Shown piece after piece: positions 50,536 through 64,000 of a DNA stretch of 64,000 nucleotides; within the stretch, counting starts at the first letter, position 1, and each line of letters begins with the position of its first letter. The DNA is from Eledone cirrhosa (taxonomy: Eukaryota): the NCBI GenBank assembly GCA_964016885.1, contig OZ024743.1:282658001-282722000 (forward strand). The letters run 5' to 3'. The translations under genes were made by a program, and so were the position numbers. The notes below the pieces were generated by a model. That model searched no databases and was not told the origin of the DNA. It saw only the letters and a program-made list of their open reading frames with translations.

Positions 50536-53500
50536 TCCTGATCATCACCGTTTAATGTCTATCTTCCACGCTAGCATGGGTTAGACGGGTTTGTCCCATT
50601 TGAGGCAAGTTGGGTTGGGTGACCGTGTCTCTGGCTGGTTTTCTACGGCTGGATGCCCTTCCTAGCACTAATCACATTTACAGTGTATGCTGGGTGCCTA
50701 TTGCCATGTCTTTTACACAACCACTTTACAGTGTGGGCTGGGTGCTTTATGTCGTGACACCTACACAACTACTTTACAGTGTGGGCTGGATGTTTTGTGG
50801 TACCAACATAACACACATATACACATACTTGTGTGTATGTGTTTATAAATTCTTTTTTCTACCACTTGTACTGAGCAGCCAGAAGCACTGTAGGATAGGA
50901 GAGATACTTTAGTTCTATCAATGGTTACATCTGTAATGCCAGTGGCATGATAAAATGCTCCCAAGTCCATACTGTAAAAACCATGCACAAAACAGGAAGG
51001 AATGAATTGAGGCAAAGTAAGGAAGAAGAAACAGACTCTTTTGTCTTGGTGATGATGATACAAGTATAAGATGCCTGGATTTCCTCTTGCCATGTGATGA
51101 AAAACTGCACCAAATACGATCGTGTGAGACTTATCCCAACCCATGCCTCCATGGAAAAAAAAACATGGAAAATAATGATGTAGCAGATTTTGAAACTATT
51201 ATATGAAAATATAGTTTTTATCAAAACTGGTTCTTTCTATCAACCCTGCAAGGCTTGCAAGTCAAATATAGCTATATTTTAATAAACTGTTGTTTATTAA
51301 AATAAAATAAAAAAATGGCATACCTGTTCTAGAAAGAAAGAAGTAAAAAGTAAGACAGTTGGTTCATTCAAGGAAGTGCGAAAAGACAATATATGAGCTC
51401 AGAAATATGGGCACCAAATTAGATAATTAAAGAATTAAAAATCAAACAAAAAAAATCCTCCTTCACCTGAATAAACTCCATAACATGTCATGTCAAAGAA
51501 AACTTTGTGGTCACTCATCCTGGTAGAAATAGCACTTAAAACTATGAAATCACACCCCATACCATTTTAAAAAAGGAAGTACAATTGGATAATGTAGTAC
51601 AAGACACCGTGAAAAAATATAGGAAGTTCATAGCTGCAATGTCTGATCAGAGATCTGTTTAAACTCTACTCTAAGTAGACTCCAAAGGGATACCAAGCTA
51701 TCCCCGATTCTATGATACAAAACTCATCATTTCATTTTACGTCCGCTTTTTCCCTGCTTGCAAGGGTGGGACGGGAACTGATTCTGGCTTGATTTCTACA
51801 GCCCTTCCTAACACCAACCTCATTTACAGTGAGTGCTGGGTGCTTTTTTTTGCCGTGGCACCTGCACGACCACTTTGCAGTGGAATGATATGACCCCAGT
51901 CCCTATCATCTCATTTCTACAGCTGAGTAAACTGGAGCAATGTGAAATAAAGTGTCTTGCTCAAGGAAACAACACATCACCCGGTCTGAGAATTGAACTC
52001 ACAACCTTTCGATTGCAAGGTCACTGCTCTAACCACTAAGCCATGTGCCTCCATTTGTTTAAAAGTGATTATATTTATCTAAAAACTTTTTAGCATAATT
52101 TTATATAAGAACCTTTGTTATGTTCCAAACACCAGGTTGGTAATTAGAAAATTCTTGATTATTTTCAAAACTAAAAAGCAGAGGCGGTTTTGCTTCAATA
52201 GAAATATGGGAATGGAAGGATAAAAAACGAACAGATAAAGAATCATCATCATTTAACGCTAGCATGGGTTAGACGGGAGTTGTCCCAATTTGAGGCAAGG
52301 TTGGTCGGGTGACCGTGTCTCACTCGTATATCCAGATAAAATACAAATTTCATTTCTATAAAAGTATTGAAATAATTCACTTCAAATTTAGAGTAGAATA
52401 TACCCAATAAATCAAATGAATAACAAAAGATATATAACTTTATAACCATATAACATAACAGCTGTTTTTTCTCTTATCACAGCTTCATTTTGAAACTCTT
52501 CCATCATGTCCACCATGGCTATGTTAAAAATCTATATTTGGAAAAAAAAAATACCTAATTGTGTAAACACTTTGATTTATACGAGTTTCTTTAAAATATA
52601 GAAAGGTTTTCATGTCATGGAAGCAACTTGAGAGCCTAACATTACACACACACAAACATACATAGATACAACAGACCTAAATCAATGGCACATCCCATTA
52701 TGATATTGTTTAAAGATTATTGCAAATGATATCCATTAGCTTATGAACTAGCTACATGTTATGTGGGATGTGTGAAGGTGTAGTGGTTAGGGTGTTCGGC
52801 TCACAATAGCAAGAACATTGTTTTCATTCCCAGTGGCTTTGAGGAAGACATTTTATTTTATATTGCACCAGTCCACTCAACTGGAAAAATTACTTGTATC
52901 CATGATTCAAAATGCTGGCTTTGTCACATTGAATCTCCTTGAGGATTACATTAAGGGTACTTATGCCTGTGGAACACTTAACTGCTTGCACATTAATTTC
53001 ATGAGCAGGCCAAACAACAGGAATACTTGTCACAACCAAATGAGATTCAACAACAAATGTATATGACCAGCAACTACCTCCTACATAATGAATTTGTTTA
53101 AAACACAAGATACATATTTACAGAAATTTAACTGAGTTACATGGTAACTGCAGCTTTGAACTCTGAGTGTCATTCTTCTCTCTAACCAGGTAAAAAATGT
53201 TTATTTTAAAATTTTTTTTAATTAGCAATTTTACAGCTTAGCTTTCAGACATTTCAAAACAAAACAAAAAGAAATTAAATCTTTTAGTTTGTTCATTGAA
53301 ATCTATAATTTAAAGTTCTTTTTTCTGCTTTAATTTCATTAAATAGGTTAATTAAAATACTTGTTAACTTTACTTTGTATAATTAATTAGTATAATAACA
53401 GTCCAAAGTAAAATCAAACTTGTTCTAAAATGCCTAATCTGGTAGATGGTCTTAATTAAAATAAAGACTATATAAACTATGATCTGTAATTTAACTAATT

Positions 53501-54429
53501 AACAACAATTTTGGCTCTAAATGCTTCCAGTGATTCAGAAATTCCTTCATAAGTACTAAAAGACCTTCAGAACTTTCTAAGTGCAAACTTATTCTGAATT
53601 TCTGATAATTGCAATTTTAATAGACAACAAACTTGTGCCCAGCAATTAAAACTAACAGTGATAATTTTGGATTAAACAAGCAAGAGTAATACATTATCTA
53701 AATTTTGCAGAGGTTTCATTTTTAAATAATAAATCAACAAAAACTGGTTGCATAGATTGCTTAACTCCTAATGCATAAGTGAGACAGTCTTGAGAAGTAC
53801 AAAACAGCACTATAACAACTTCATATTAAAAATTAAGCCTTTACTCTAATACTCCAGAATTTCACAATGATCTGTCCACTAGTTAGGATACTATAAACAT
53901 TTTAATTAACAATCCTGTTTTTAGATATTTTCTGTAAAATCCTCACAGGATACGAAGAATTATAAGTTGAATAACTGATTCTAGACTCTTGCCCCCTAGG
54001 GTGTTTATCATCATACATCAATAATTTTGCTACACCTTGACCAAAATAACAGTAGCCTTACCCTAAAGAGGTTATGGACCATTTAAATGCCACGTAACTA
54101 ATACAAGATTAATTTTTAACCAATCAAACAAAATAAAAAGCAGTAGATGTCTACTCATAAACAAATTCTAAAAATATGAATGTCATATGCAATAACTCCC
54201 AAAACTATGGTTAGTCAATGAATACCTGTTTAACTCTTTTATGTCCTGTACTGCATGAAACCACATTAGCAAGACATTCTATGGCTCCATCTTCATCATC
54301 GTTTAATGTCCAATTTCCATGCTTGTATGGGTTAGGTGGGTTGTCACACTATGAGACAAGTCAGGTTCAGAGACCACATCTTGTTCATAAGGATCTCTAT
54401 TTTGGCTTAGGTTCTATGGCTGGATACCC

Positions 54430-54690
54430 TTCTTAACACCAACCATGTTACAATGTGAACTGGGTGCTTTTTATCATGGCACTGAAATAACCACCTTATA
54501 GGGTGAACTGGGTGCTTTTTGTCATGTCACTAGCATGACCACTTTACAGTTTGGACTGGTTGCTTTTTATCGTGACACCAGCACAGGCACCTTACAGTGT
54601 CGACTGGGTGCTTTCTTTGTCATGTCACCAGCATGACCACCTTACAGTGTAGACTGGGTTCTTTTTCTCATATCACCATCACCTTACATC
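54430..54690 (-). repeat. ~45-bp tandem repeat (about 5 units) inside a retroposon 3' region
   Basis: Repeated accac(c/t)ttacagtgt.gactgggtgcttttt.tcatg. Shorter arrays at 46280-46400, 50670-50790 and 55115-55220. Confidence 0.75.
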
Positions 54691-57600
54691 ACATTAAAAA
54701 TTAAAGTCTTTACACTAATACTGTAAATTTTAATGATCTGTCCACTAATAAAGGTACAATAAATATTTTAATTGACAAACTTTTTTTTTTTAAATAGATA
54801 TTTTCTGCTAAATCATTACAAAGATTTAAATCATTAAAGGGAAAAAACTAGTGAAAACTATTTGTTGATACCTAACTTCCAATAATGGTAGTATCTCAGC
54901 AATGTTATCATTGCTAGCTACAAGTCTACCTTATTAAAAATGCTTGCAGTTATTACACTAACAACTTCCAAACAATGAACATTTCCTATGACTGGTTAAT
55001 ATGTAAATCATCATCATCATCATTTTACGTCCGCTTTTCCCTGCTTGCAAGGGTGGGACGGGAACTGATTCTGGCTTGATTTCTACAGCTGGATGCCCTT
55101 CCTAACACCCACCTCATTTACAGTGAGTGCTGGGTGCTTTTTTTCCGTGGCGCCTACACGTCCACTTTACAGTGTGGGCTGGGTGCTTTTTTGCCGTGGC
55201 ACCTCCACGACCATTTTGCAGTGGAATGATTGGGACCCCAGTCCTAACATCTCATTTCTTTAGCTGAGTAAACTGGAGCAATGTGAAATAAAGTGTCTTG
55301 CTCAAGGAAACAACACATCACCCGGTCCAAGAATTGAACTCACAACCTTTTGATTGCATGCCCAATGCTCTAACCACTAAGCCATGTGCCTCCATAAATA
55401 TGTTACAGAATTCTACTTTCAGCAATATTTCAATAGCTCTAGTACCAATAATCATGTTAAAATCGTATTTTAATTAAAAACAAGAAAAATAAAACCAAAA
55501 ACTTGTTTTTCACTTATACTATTTTTCTGAAGTAAAACATGTTCCATGCAGCTGACATTTCAATTGAAACATTACAGAAATATAGAATTGTTTATCCAAG
55601 ATACTTCTATACAACAGCATATGAAATAATGAACAGCAACAGTAACACGCAAATACCATCATCATCAGTTCCCAAAGGGTTTCTAGCTTCAAACTTAGAT
55701 CCTACACTTGCCAATAGACAGAACATCCCTGCAGTTGTAAGGTGTCCTGTAGTGGGTAAAGCCAATTTCAACCCATTACATATACATGTGAAGATTGCAT
55801 CATAGACAATAACTGACACACAATAGAGACAGATGCTTTGAGACAACTGAAGAGGAATATCTTGCTTCAATGCCAAAAATAGCAAGTGTGGAAGCAAAGA
55901 AATTGTTTACTGATGTAAATATGAATAGGAAAGACGCACAATACCTACAGTATGATAACAACTCCAACTTATGAGCAAATGGTGATAATCATCATCATTA
56001 GTTTTACATCTATTTCTCCTGATTGCATGGGTTAGACAGTTTTGGCATGGTTTCTAAGAATGTCTTGATTAGTTATAAAGCCTTAAATTTAAATGGGAGG
56101 AAATAGGAAATTATGATAATAATCATGCTTTCTGCACAAACATTTGGTGAAGTTTAATGGGGCTTATTTAGCTGAAAATTGCTCTGTCACAGAGCTATAC
56201 AAAAATATACAATAATTAAACTGAAATTATTTTCCCCAATTTTTCTAATATATTAGAAAAGTTAACGAAAATTTTAAAAATAACTTTTTTTTAAAAGAAA
56301 AATTATGAATGTCAGTGAATTTTGATAAACTCCAAATAAAAACCTCCAACATCCACCCATATCATCAAAAATGTTTTGTATTTTGTTGAAGCTTTAGAAC
56401 ATTTTTCTGTGTGATAAGGATTGCTTCAATTCCTTGGGAAAAAAAATTACTGAATAGTAAGATAACAGAAAGAAATTAAATTTTAGCAATTCTTAATATG
56501 AAAGAAGAAAAGAATTGGTAACTTTCTATAGCCAGTTTAGCTTAAGATTCATAACACTTTAATAGAGGATAATAAATAGACTTGAAAAGCAAGTTGATGC
56601 TAGTTTCTCTTATCTGGAAAGGGGAAACGTTTTGAAACTAATTTGATTAAAGCAATAACAAAAGATGCTCAAATTTTGAAAACAATTGGAGTTAAAGCTC
56701 TTTACCACAATTCTAATGAAAGATATCGCCTGTTATTTTCAAATAAATTTGAGGGATATATCAATATAGAAAACTTCCGCATTATTAAATTGCTGTTCAG
56801 AACAAGGTTGTGACATAAATTTATGATGGAAGGATTTTAAATAAATACAAACAGTTTAAATAAACTGCTTAGTATCATAGAACCAGGAACAGTTACAGGC
56901 AGTTTGATATAAGGGCTAAACATCATACAATCAATGGAACTACTGAATTCTATCTCTAATACATGATGCAAGGAATCAGTAGCTTATTGATATAATGGTG
57001 ATTAAAGCTGAATTTTCAGGTATATTGTAAAATTAAGTCAAATCTGTTAAATTTTAATGAATATTTAGCTGTGAAGTATATTTGGGATCCCACAACTCAG
57101 CATACAATTAGACATGTGACCAGTGACACGTGATATAATATTTAAATCATTAGCATTTACATTATTCTATATATACTATTGTATTTTTGTGGTAAAGGTT
57201 TTATCTCATAATTATCTCACATATCGAATCTAGGAGATTTTGATGTAATTTCTTTTGAGAACAATACTTTAACATCAGTATGAGCAGCCAATTATGGCCG
57301 GTTTGAACAGAAAGAGGTAAGAAAATTCTGGCCAGATATGGCCATTTCAAATACTAAAGGGTTAAATGTTTACATATACATTTTGTGTTAATAAAACTTA
57401 ATGTGTCATGAAAAGATTTTGTTCTTAAAAAGTGTCACCAATGTGAAAAGTTCAAACAGCTCTGGATTAGAGTGATTATAGTGTATTCAACAACATTTTT
57501 GCAGCTAACCAAATCAATAGCTAAAGGGTTGATAGTTTGTATTCCATCATGGGCACTGGTTGGAGAAAATGGGTGTCTGTATTATGAAATCCAGTTCACA

Positions 57601-60600
57601 TATTTATAAATAGTTTATCATGAAGAGGGGGGGGGGGGGTTAGCAGTCGTTAGAACACTGGATAGAATTTTGTAGTATTTATTCTGGCTCTCTGCATTCA
57701 GAGTTCAAATCCTGCTTAGGTCCAATGGGCCTCTTATCCTTTTGGGGTTGATAAAGAAAGTAGCAGCCCATTGCTGCTGCAGTTCTCTTTCTTTCCAGCA
57801 GTCACATCCTGGATGTTCTGCTGAATCAAGAGAGAGAAGGTCAAGAGAGTGTCTGAATCTGCATGCGACATCATGGGCACTTAAAACCCTTACTAAAAGC
57901 ATGGTACATACTACTAAGTCATACTCAATTATAAGTGACAATTGTAGTTTAGTTTCTTTTGTTATATCACAGTTTTAAGTTTGTGGAGTACTAAGCTCAA
58001 AGATAATTAACTTGCCCTCCTTATTTAACATGATGACAAAGTATTTTATAGTGTCCCCAACAGCACCATGGATTATGAGAGACACCATTACCATTTACTT
58101 CTAATATAAGCACAAGGCCAGAAATTTTAAAGCAGGAAAGATTGGAAAGAAATAAAGCTTGCATGCTTGAATAGATGTGTAATAGTTGTGTGCATGAAAA
58201 GCAAAGCGTCAATGACCTAAGAGAGAAACTAGGAATAAGAGGGGTCAGATGCAGTGTACAAAAGAGGATTGTGGTGGTATGGGCATGTGATGCGTATTGA
58301 GGATGTCAAGAGAAAGACCTAGGAAAGCTTGGAATAAAGTGATAAAAACTGACCATGCCCAATTAAACTTCACAAAGGAGATGATACAGGATCAAGATCT
58401 CTGGCGTCATGCTGTACTGCAGGAGACCTGTCTTCTCATGTGCATGAAACAAACATGTAGAGAGCATACTAGTCTGCACCAATCTTCTCTTCACCCCTCC
58501 TCACTCATAACACCCTGCCCTCACCAGCTAAATATCCCATACACCTCATCCATGTCAAACTTGCTAACTTGTCTCACAACATGACAACCCATCTGACTAT
58601 GCAAGCATGGAAAAATAGGCGTTAAATGATGATTTCTAATGAAAAAAAAATAATCAAGAATTTGTAATGATTATATTCTTTTAATGGTTTCAATCACAGG
58701 ATTGCTGCCATGCTGGGGCATTGTCTTTAAGGGATTTTGTTGTTTTTAAGCTGGTGCTTCAAACATATAGGTCAACTTTCATCCTTTCAGGGGTAGTGGG
58801 TTGAAGGAATTCTTTTTAAAAACTGCATAAATTTGTAATATATGATCCATCTCAGTGCATTTGGAGTTCAAATGTTGCTGGTTTCTATTAGGATTTGTGA
58901 TCAGCAGATAGTATCATTAATGGAAAGACTAATGAAAATGTTTCCTTGATTTGATTGGACAATTGGCTGTTCATTTTTTTTTTTTTTAAGAGGGTGGACA
59001 TAACAGAATTATGATGAAAGGTTTTAATTTAGATATGGCTTTGTATCATAAAACCAGGGGTGGTTTCTGACAATTTAGTATGAGTAGAGTTAAAGGGCTA
59101 AAAGCAATTACACAAAAGCATCTGTTGAAAGCATCACCCCTAACAATGACATCCGGTTGGCTATTTTATTCATGCTCAATTAAATTATACATTAAATTCT
59201 TATTTACTCATTGTTCATGTGTATTTTATTTATCGCAGTCAGCTGAACCAATATACAATATATGTTTTTGTTTTTTATTATTATTAAGCCCCACTTTCAT
59301 TCATCTAAATTAATTGTCTCAATACACAATATTTCTAACTAGATCTTATGTGAAAATGTAGTTCTTTGCAGACCTTAATATCATACAGGTTGTTATTAAT
59401 GTTGTTTAGCCCCAGGTCAACTTTGATTGAGCAAATTTTTGATGATAAGCATTACAGCCATGACTATCCCATTTTTTGTACATCCAGAACTACATTATCT
59501 AATATATTCTGTCAATAAAATGGTAGAATGTGGTTTGAAGAGGCTTTAGCTGTTATTTCCAAAAGGTTGGCTGGTCAGTTTTTTGCTCAAAATAGGTGCA
59601 ATCCACAGATCAAGCACAAGACTGCAATTAGTGCAATGAAAATGTTGATACTAAGAAGTAAATGATGAATGTAAAGTTAAGGTCACTTGCCAGACAAGTA
59701 CAACTCTGAAACACACACATCCTCAACCTAGTTAACAAATGCACTATGTACTCTAGTCTGCAGTGGTGATTTATCATATGACAGTGTGACAGTCTGGGCA
59801 TGTTATGTTTCCTTCAATCTCTAATCTGTTCCTGTATGCCTGTAGTTTACAGCAGGGTTAAAGTTGTAGCCACAGTACATATACTGCACTATCATTTTTC
59901 ATCATTAAAGTACTAGTCAATGGAGCAATGAATTGGCTGAATTGTTAGACACAGACAGAATGCTTTGCAATATCTGATCTAGTTCTGTGCTTTCTGAGTT
60001 CAAATCTCACTTCCTTCTGTCAGGAATGGAAAGACCAATGAAAACATTGTTTCCTGAGTCTGAGCTAATGAGTGGTTTGTTTCCTTTTTTGTGCATGTGG
60101 GTGTGTGTATGTGTCATTGTCTATGAACAACAGACAATATATGTCATGGATTATAACAGCTTCTCTATAAATTTTATAGAACATAAGATAGCATGCATCA
60201 TCACAGGCAGCACACAAAATACCACACCCTTAGATCGTCTACACAATGAAAATATAATATTACTGTTTACTGTCAAATGTTCAATTGTTAGAAATTGTAC
60301 ACTGCACTTCATTGTCATTTTTATATATTATGAATTAACACAGAAACCTGTGTCTAATTTCTATCTTATCTAAAGAAAGCAAACAGAACTAAAGTTGCTT
60401 TTAAAAGAATGTATTAACAAACAAAAAATATCGAAATATATATTTGCTTATTAATCATGAATCATGTAATCAGAAGGGACACTTAAATGTAGTTTAGCTT
60501 GTTTACATGACCGACCTTTTTCACATCATCACATGCTTTTATTGAACCCTGAAGAAATTTGATATATTACTATGAACTAATAGCTAATACAGTGAAATAA

Positions 60601-62400
60601 TGGAACAAGCAGAATCTAGTATTATTTTACCAGGACTGATGATGAAGTAATATTGAGTAATATTTGACAGAAATCTTGTTTAATACTACAGGACTAATGA
60701 AAATGAAACTAAAAGAACAAAAAGTTGACAGGCTCAAGTGAACACAAGAAAAATGCTGAAAGTATCCTGCAGAATCAATACCACATTTACTCAGATTACA
60801 AACCAGAAAAGCAGTTTGAACTTGCATTATTCCGGAATTCTACTAAAAGAGCTTTAAGAATTAGTAAAAGCTTTAGAATTTTCTCAATAAATGAGTTTTC
60901 CTTTTCTTGAATATATCTAACAGCAACATATATGAATTTGATGGATATCTATTATGAGATCTTCACTAAACTCAATCTCTACACACAAGAGCAACAACAT
61001 ATACAATTCTTTTCTATTATCCTGAAACTGCCAAATGGGTATACTATTTAATTTTTAACTAGCAGATTTTTTTAGTTGAAATACACTGCAAGATTTGTAA
61101 ATTTGGCAGCACACTTAATTCAACATGCCTCTGTTCACCTATCAGGAATAATGAATAGGAGTCAAACCATCTTGGAATGTTACCCAAAATACACGAGAAG
61201 AAAATGTATCTAATCTTTTTAAAACAAAACTATAAAACTTTATGCAAGCATCAGAAGTTAAAATTCCCTGTAAACTTAAAACAATTGTTTTCGCCTTTTT
61301 ACACAATTATCTTGTGTGCTATAAAGAAATGCTACCAATTTTACCAAAAATAAAAGTGAGCTTCAGAAGCATAATTATGATTCTTTAAATGCATCCAACT
61401 ATTAAAAAAAAAGGAGTATCAAAACTATTGAGAACACCTGATCTGGTGAAAGGCCACCAAGTGGTTAGATCAACAGTAGTTTATATCTAATGGATACTTA
61501 AAGTGTGTGTTTGTGTGCATGTATATGTGTATGTAAAGGTGTTTGGCTCACTATTGTAAGTTTGATTTCTGGTAGATGCATTGTGTCCTTGAACAAGACA
61601 CTTTATTTCATGTTACTTTAGCTGGCAAAAAAAAAATGAGTTGTAATTCAAAGGGCCAACCATGCTCCACATTGTATAATACTGAATCTTTCTGAGAATT
61701 GCATAAAGTGCAACATTTTCTGTCACTTGCATGTTAATTTCATAAGCAAGTTGCTCCATTGATCAAACAACTGAAACACTCATCGAAATCACACAAGTTC
61801 AACGACAAGTGAAAATCACACTTCAAAAGTGTGGCAAAAATCAGGTTTCAAAAGAGTAAATAAACCATGTGTGTTGATCTATTTAGTAGATGTATATGGC
61901 AGTTGACTAACAAAGCACATATCGAGAGAGAACAAAAATTAAATTACTGTGATGGAAATAAACTAATTTTATTAATAATAACAGAGTGTGTGTGTACATG
62001 CATTCATAAATGTTGTTTGGCAAATATCAGCAGCAATTCATCAGAAAACTTGGAACAAAGGCCATACTAATGTTATATGTAACAATGGAGATTTGGAATA
62101 TCCTGTGTCTCTTTTCTACCTTTAAGCAAGAAGGGCACTCGACCATAGAATACCTGCCAAAAAAACTCTTCAGCTGTGCTAGTGCCATGATAAAATTAAA
62201 CTGGTGCACTCTGTAGAGTGCAGAAATATATATGAACAAGTAAGTATCCAGTATGTATGAGAGGCCAGTAGCTCTGATTAAGCACTGGTATGGTCTGTGT
62301 TGACCCATCCAACCCTTGTTAGCAGGAAGAACAAATGTTAAATAATGATTTGTAAAAAGGAGAAAAAAATAAGTAAACAAAAACTGAATAAAGGCTATAT

Positions 62401-62874
62401 TACGATATATACTCAAATATCAGCCAGCCGTTGTATGTCTGAGAAGTAGGCAGAAATACAAACCTGCGTATAAGTCGAGGCAACTAATCAACACATTATG
62501 TTTTGAAATTATTATGAGTGGAGAATATAATTATGAAGTTTTAATATTTTGATGTTTAAAATGTTTTAACTGTTATTTTAACATATAGTTTTTGTTTTAC
62601 AACTCCATTACATAATGATTTTTTTCCAAAGTTCTGACCATTTCGAAGGCCATATTCATTCAAAATACATCAAAAACAATAGGAAAAATAAAATTTAACC
62701 TCCAAAGGTAAACTGGTGTAATATTCACCTCTAAAGTGAAAATATTTTAGCACCTCATTTACATAGAATTTGAAAGTTGAAAATCGGCAAAATATTGACC
62801 TCGAATATAAGCCAACTCGCATTTTAAAATTGATTGTCACATATATCTCAGCTTGTATATGAGTATATACAGTA
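62401..62874. mobile_element. Tc1/pogo-type MITE
   Basis: Imperfect TIRs tacgatatatactcaaatatcagcc / gcttgtatatgagtatatacagta, with internal gtataagtcgagg / cctcgaatataagcc subrepeats. Confidence 0.55.
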
Positions 62875-63619
62875 TATGTAATACAGACTGAGGTTTTTAA
62901 CTAAATTTTCTTCTAATAAGTCAATTGTGAGAATGTAGAAAAGGAAAGTATTGAAAATAAATAATAAAATCACTAAAAACTAGAGATTCTAAAATTGAAT
63001 GACAAACAATCTCTGTAAGTTGATTAATCTAATTTTTTAATACTTTTCAAATTGAAAAGTATGTTCTACAATATTTGGTTTAAATAGATAAACAGACATA
63101 TAATTTTGTTAAAATTAACAGAATTTACTTGACAACGAAAGGCCAGTTGTATGATGCAAGCATGCTCTGGTGGGTGTGCAATGTTACTATGCATGAACAA
63201 CAAAATATGAATGAGCTGAGAGAAAAGTTGAGTATAAGAAGAATCAGATGTAGTGCACAGGGGAGAAGACTGCTCTGGTATGGACATGTGATGCATATGG
63301 ATGATAATCCGTGGTGAGAAAGTGCCAAAAAATCCCAATGGATGGAAGCTTCAGTAGAGGGAAACCAAGAAAGACCCAGGCAGAGGTTGTGAGAACCAAT
63401 CTCAAATCGCTGAAGTTCAAAGAGATGACAAAGGATTGCAACAAGTAGAGGGATGCTGTGCTAGAAATGACCCATCTAACTCATGCAAGCATAGAACAGA
63501 TGTAAAATGATGATGACAGTGTTGTGAGAGATGACAAAGCTAAGAGTGAAATTGAAAAAATTAAATATACAGTTCCTACAGAAGTTAAATGAAAGTCTTG
63601 AATGAAATAAAATACTCAC

Positions 63620-63714
63620 GCCACACAAAAAGGCTTTTTGTCATATCCCTTGTAATTCTTCATATTTAAGGTCATTCCACAGACTTCGCATTTGAAGCAA
63701 CTTTTGTGCCATAC
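63620..63714 (-). CDS. LASP1: LIM and SH3 domain protein (Lasp), internal exon encoding the second half of the LIM domain
   Basis: Minus strand reads ttttgcag|GTATGGCAC...TGTGTGGC|gtgagt and translates [32 protein letters not shown]. This matches the LASP1 LIM motif ([31 protein letters not shown]). Splice sites are canonical AG/GT; length 95 bp. Confidence 0.95.
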
Positions 63715-64000
63715 CTGCAAAATATCACAAAGTATAATTTTTAAAGGTATCTAAACAGATAAATTATTTTTTGAAATAATCTATTTTAGAAGAAAAGCTG
63801 AGGCAACAATTAAAAACAATTAAAATTTAAGATGTTATAAATCGTCTGTCTATGAAAATATTTATAAAATATTTCATTGAAAAAATGAAAAAATAATAAA
63901 TTACCAATAATTACTAATCAATCAAATAGATATTTAAAGAAATAATTACTTTTCTTTACTTTCTTCCATAATGCTTTAATATTAATAGTGGTATAATTAC

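Noticed and set aside
54430-54690. CRISPR-like repeat array
   Set aside because: Degenerate tandem units without unique spacers, in a eukaryotic retroposon context, with no cas genes.
55539-55897. ORFs 55539-55805 (+) and 55607-55897 (-) as a nested gene
   Set aside because: No recognisable domain and no convincing splice context.

Overview
AT-rich, microsatellite-dense animal genomic DNA. The repeat landscape (RTE LINEs with (GAT)n tails, tRNA-derived SINEs, many (TA)n tracts) suggests a coleoid cephalopod such as octopus, but that is inference. The only host gene I can support is a minus-strand LASP1/Lasp (LIM-nebulin-SH3) gene, seen as two exons: 63620-63714 (95 bp) and 43949-44033 (85 bp). 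Most of the window is therefore probably intronic. It contains: an apparently intact RTE LINE (30711-34224) whose RT carries a PHD-like finger insertion; two other copies of that family; a second RTE-like family with a twin-priming inversion; a Tx1/L1 remnant; mariner, maT, hAT, piggyBac-like and pogo-like DNA transposon relics; SINEs; and many Penelope-like element (PLE) fragments inside (TA)n tracts. The most notable signals are: (i) a Naiad-type PLE with an in-frame TGA exactly at a zinc-finger cysteine position, possibly selenocysteine; (ii) a recurring head-to-head hairpin architecture of PLE ends carrying minimal type-I hammerhead ribozymes; (iii) a perfect 152-bp head-to-head SINE palindrome inside a single 18-bp target-site duplication. 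All alignments were done by eye, and coordinates may be off by a few bases.
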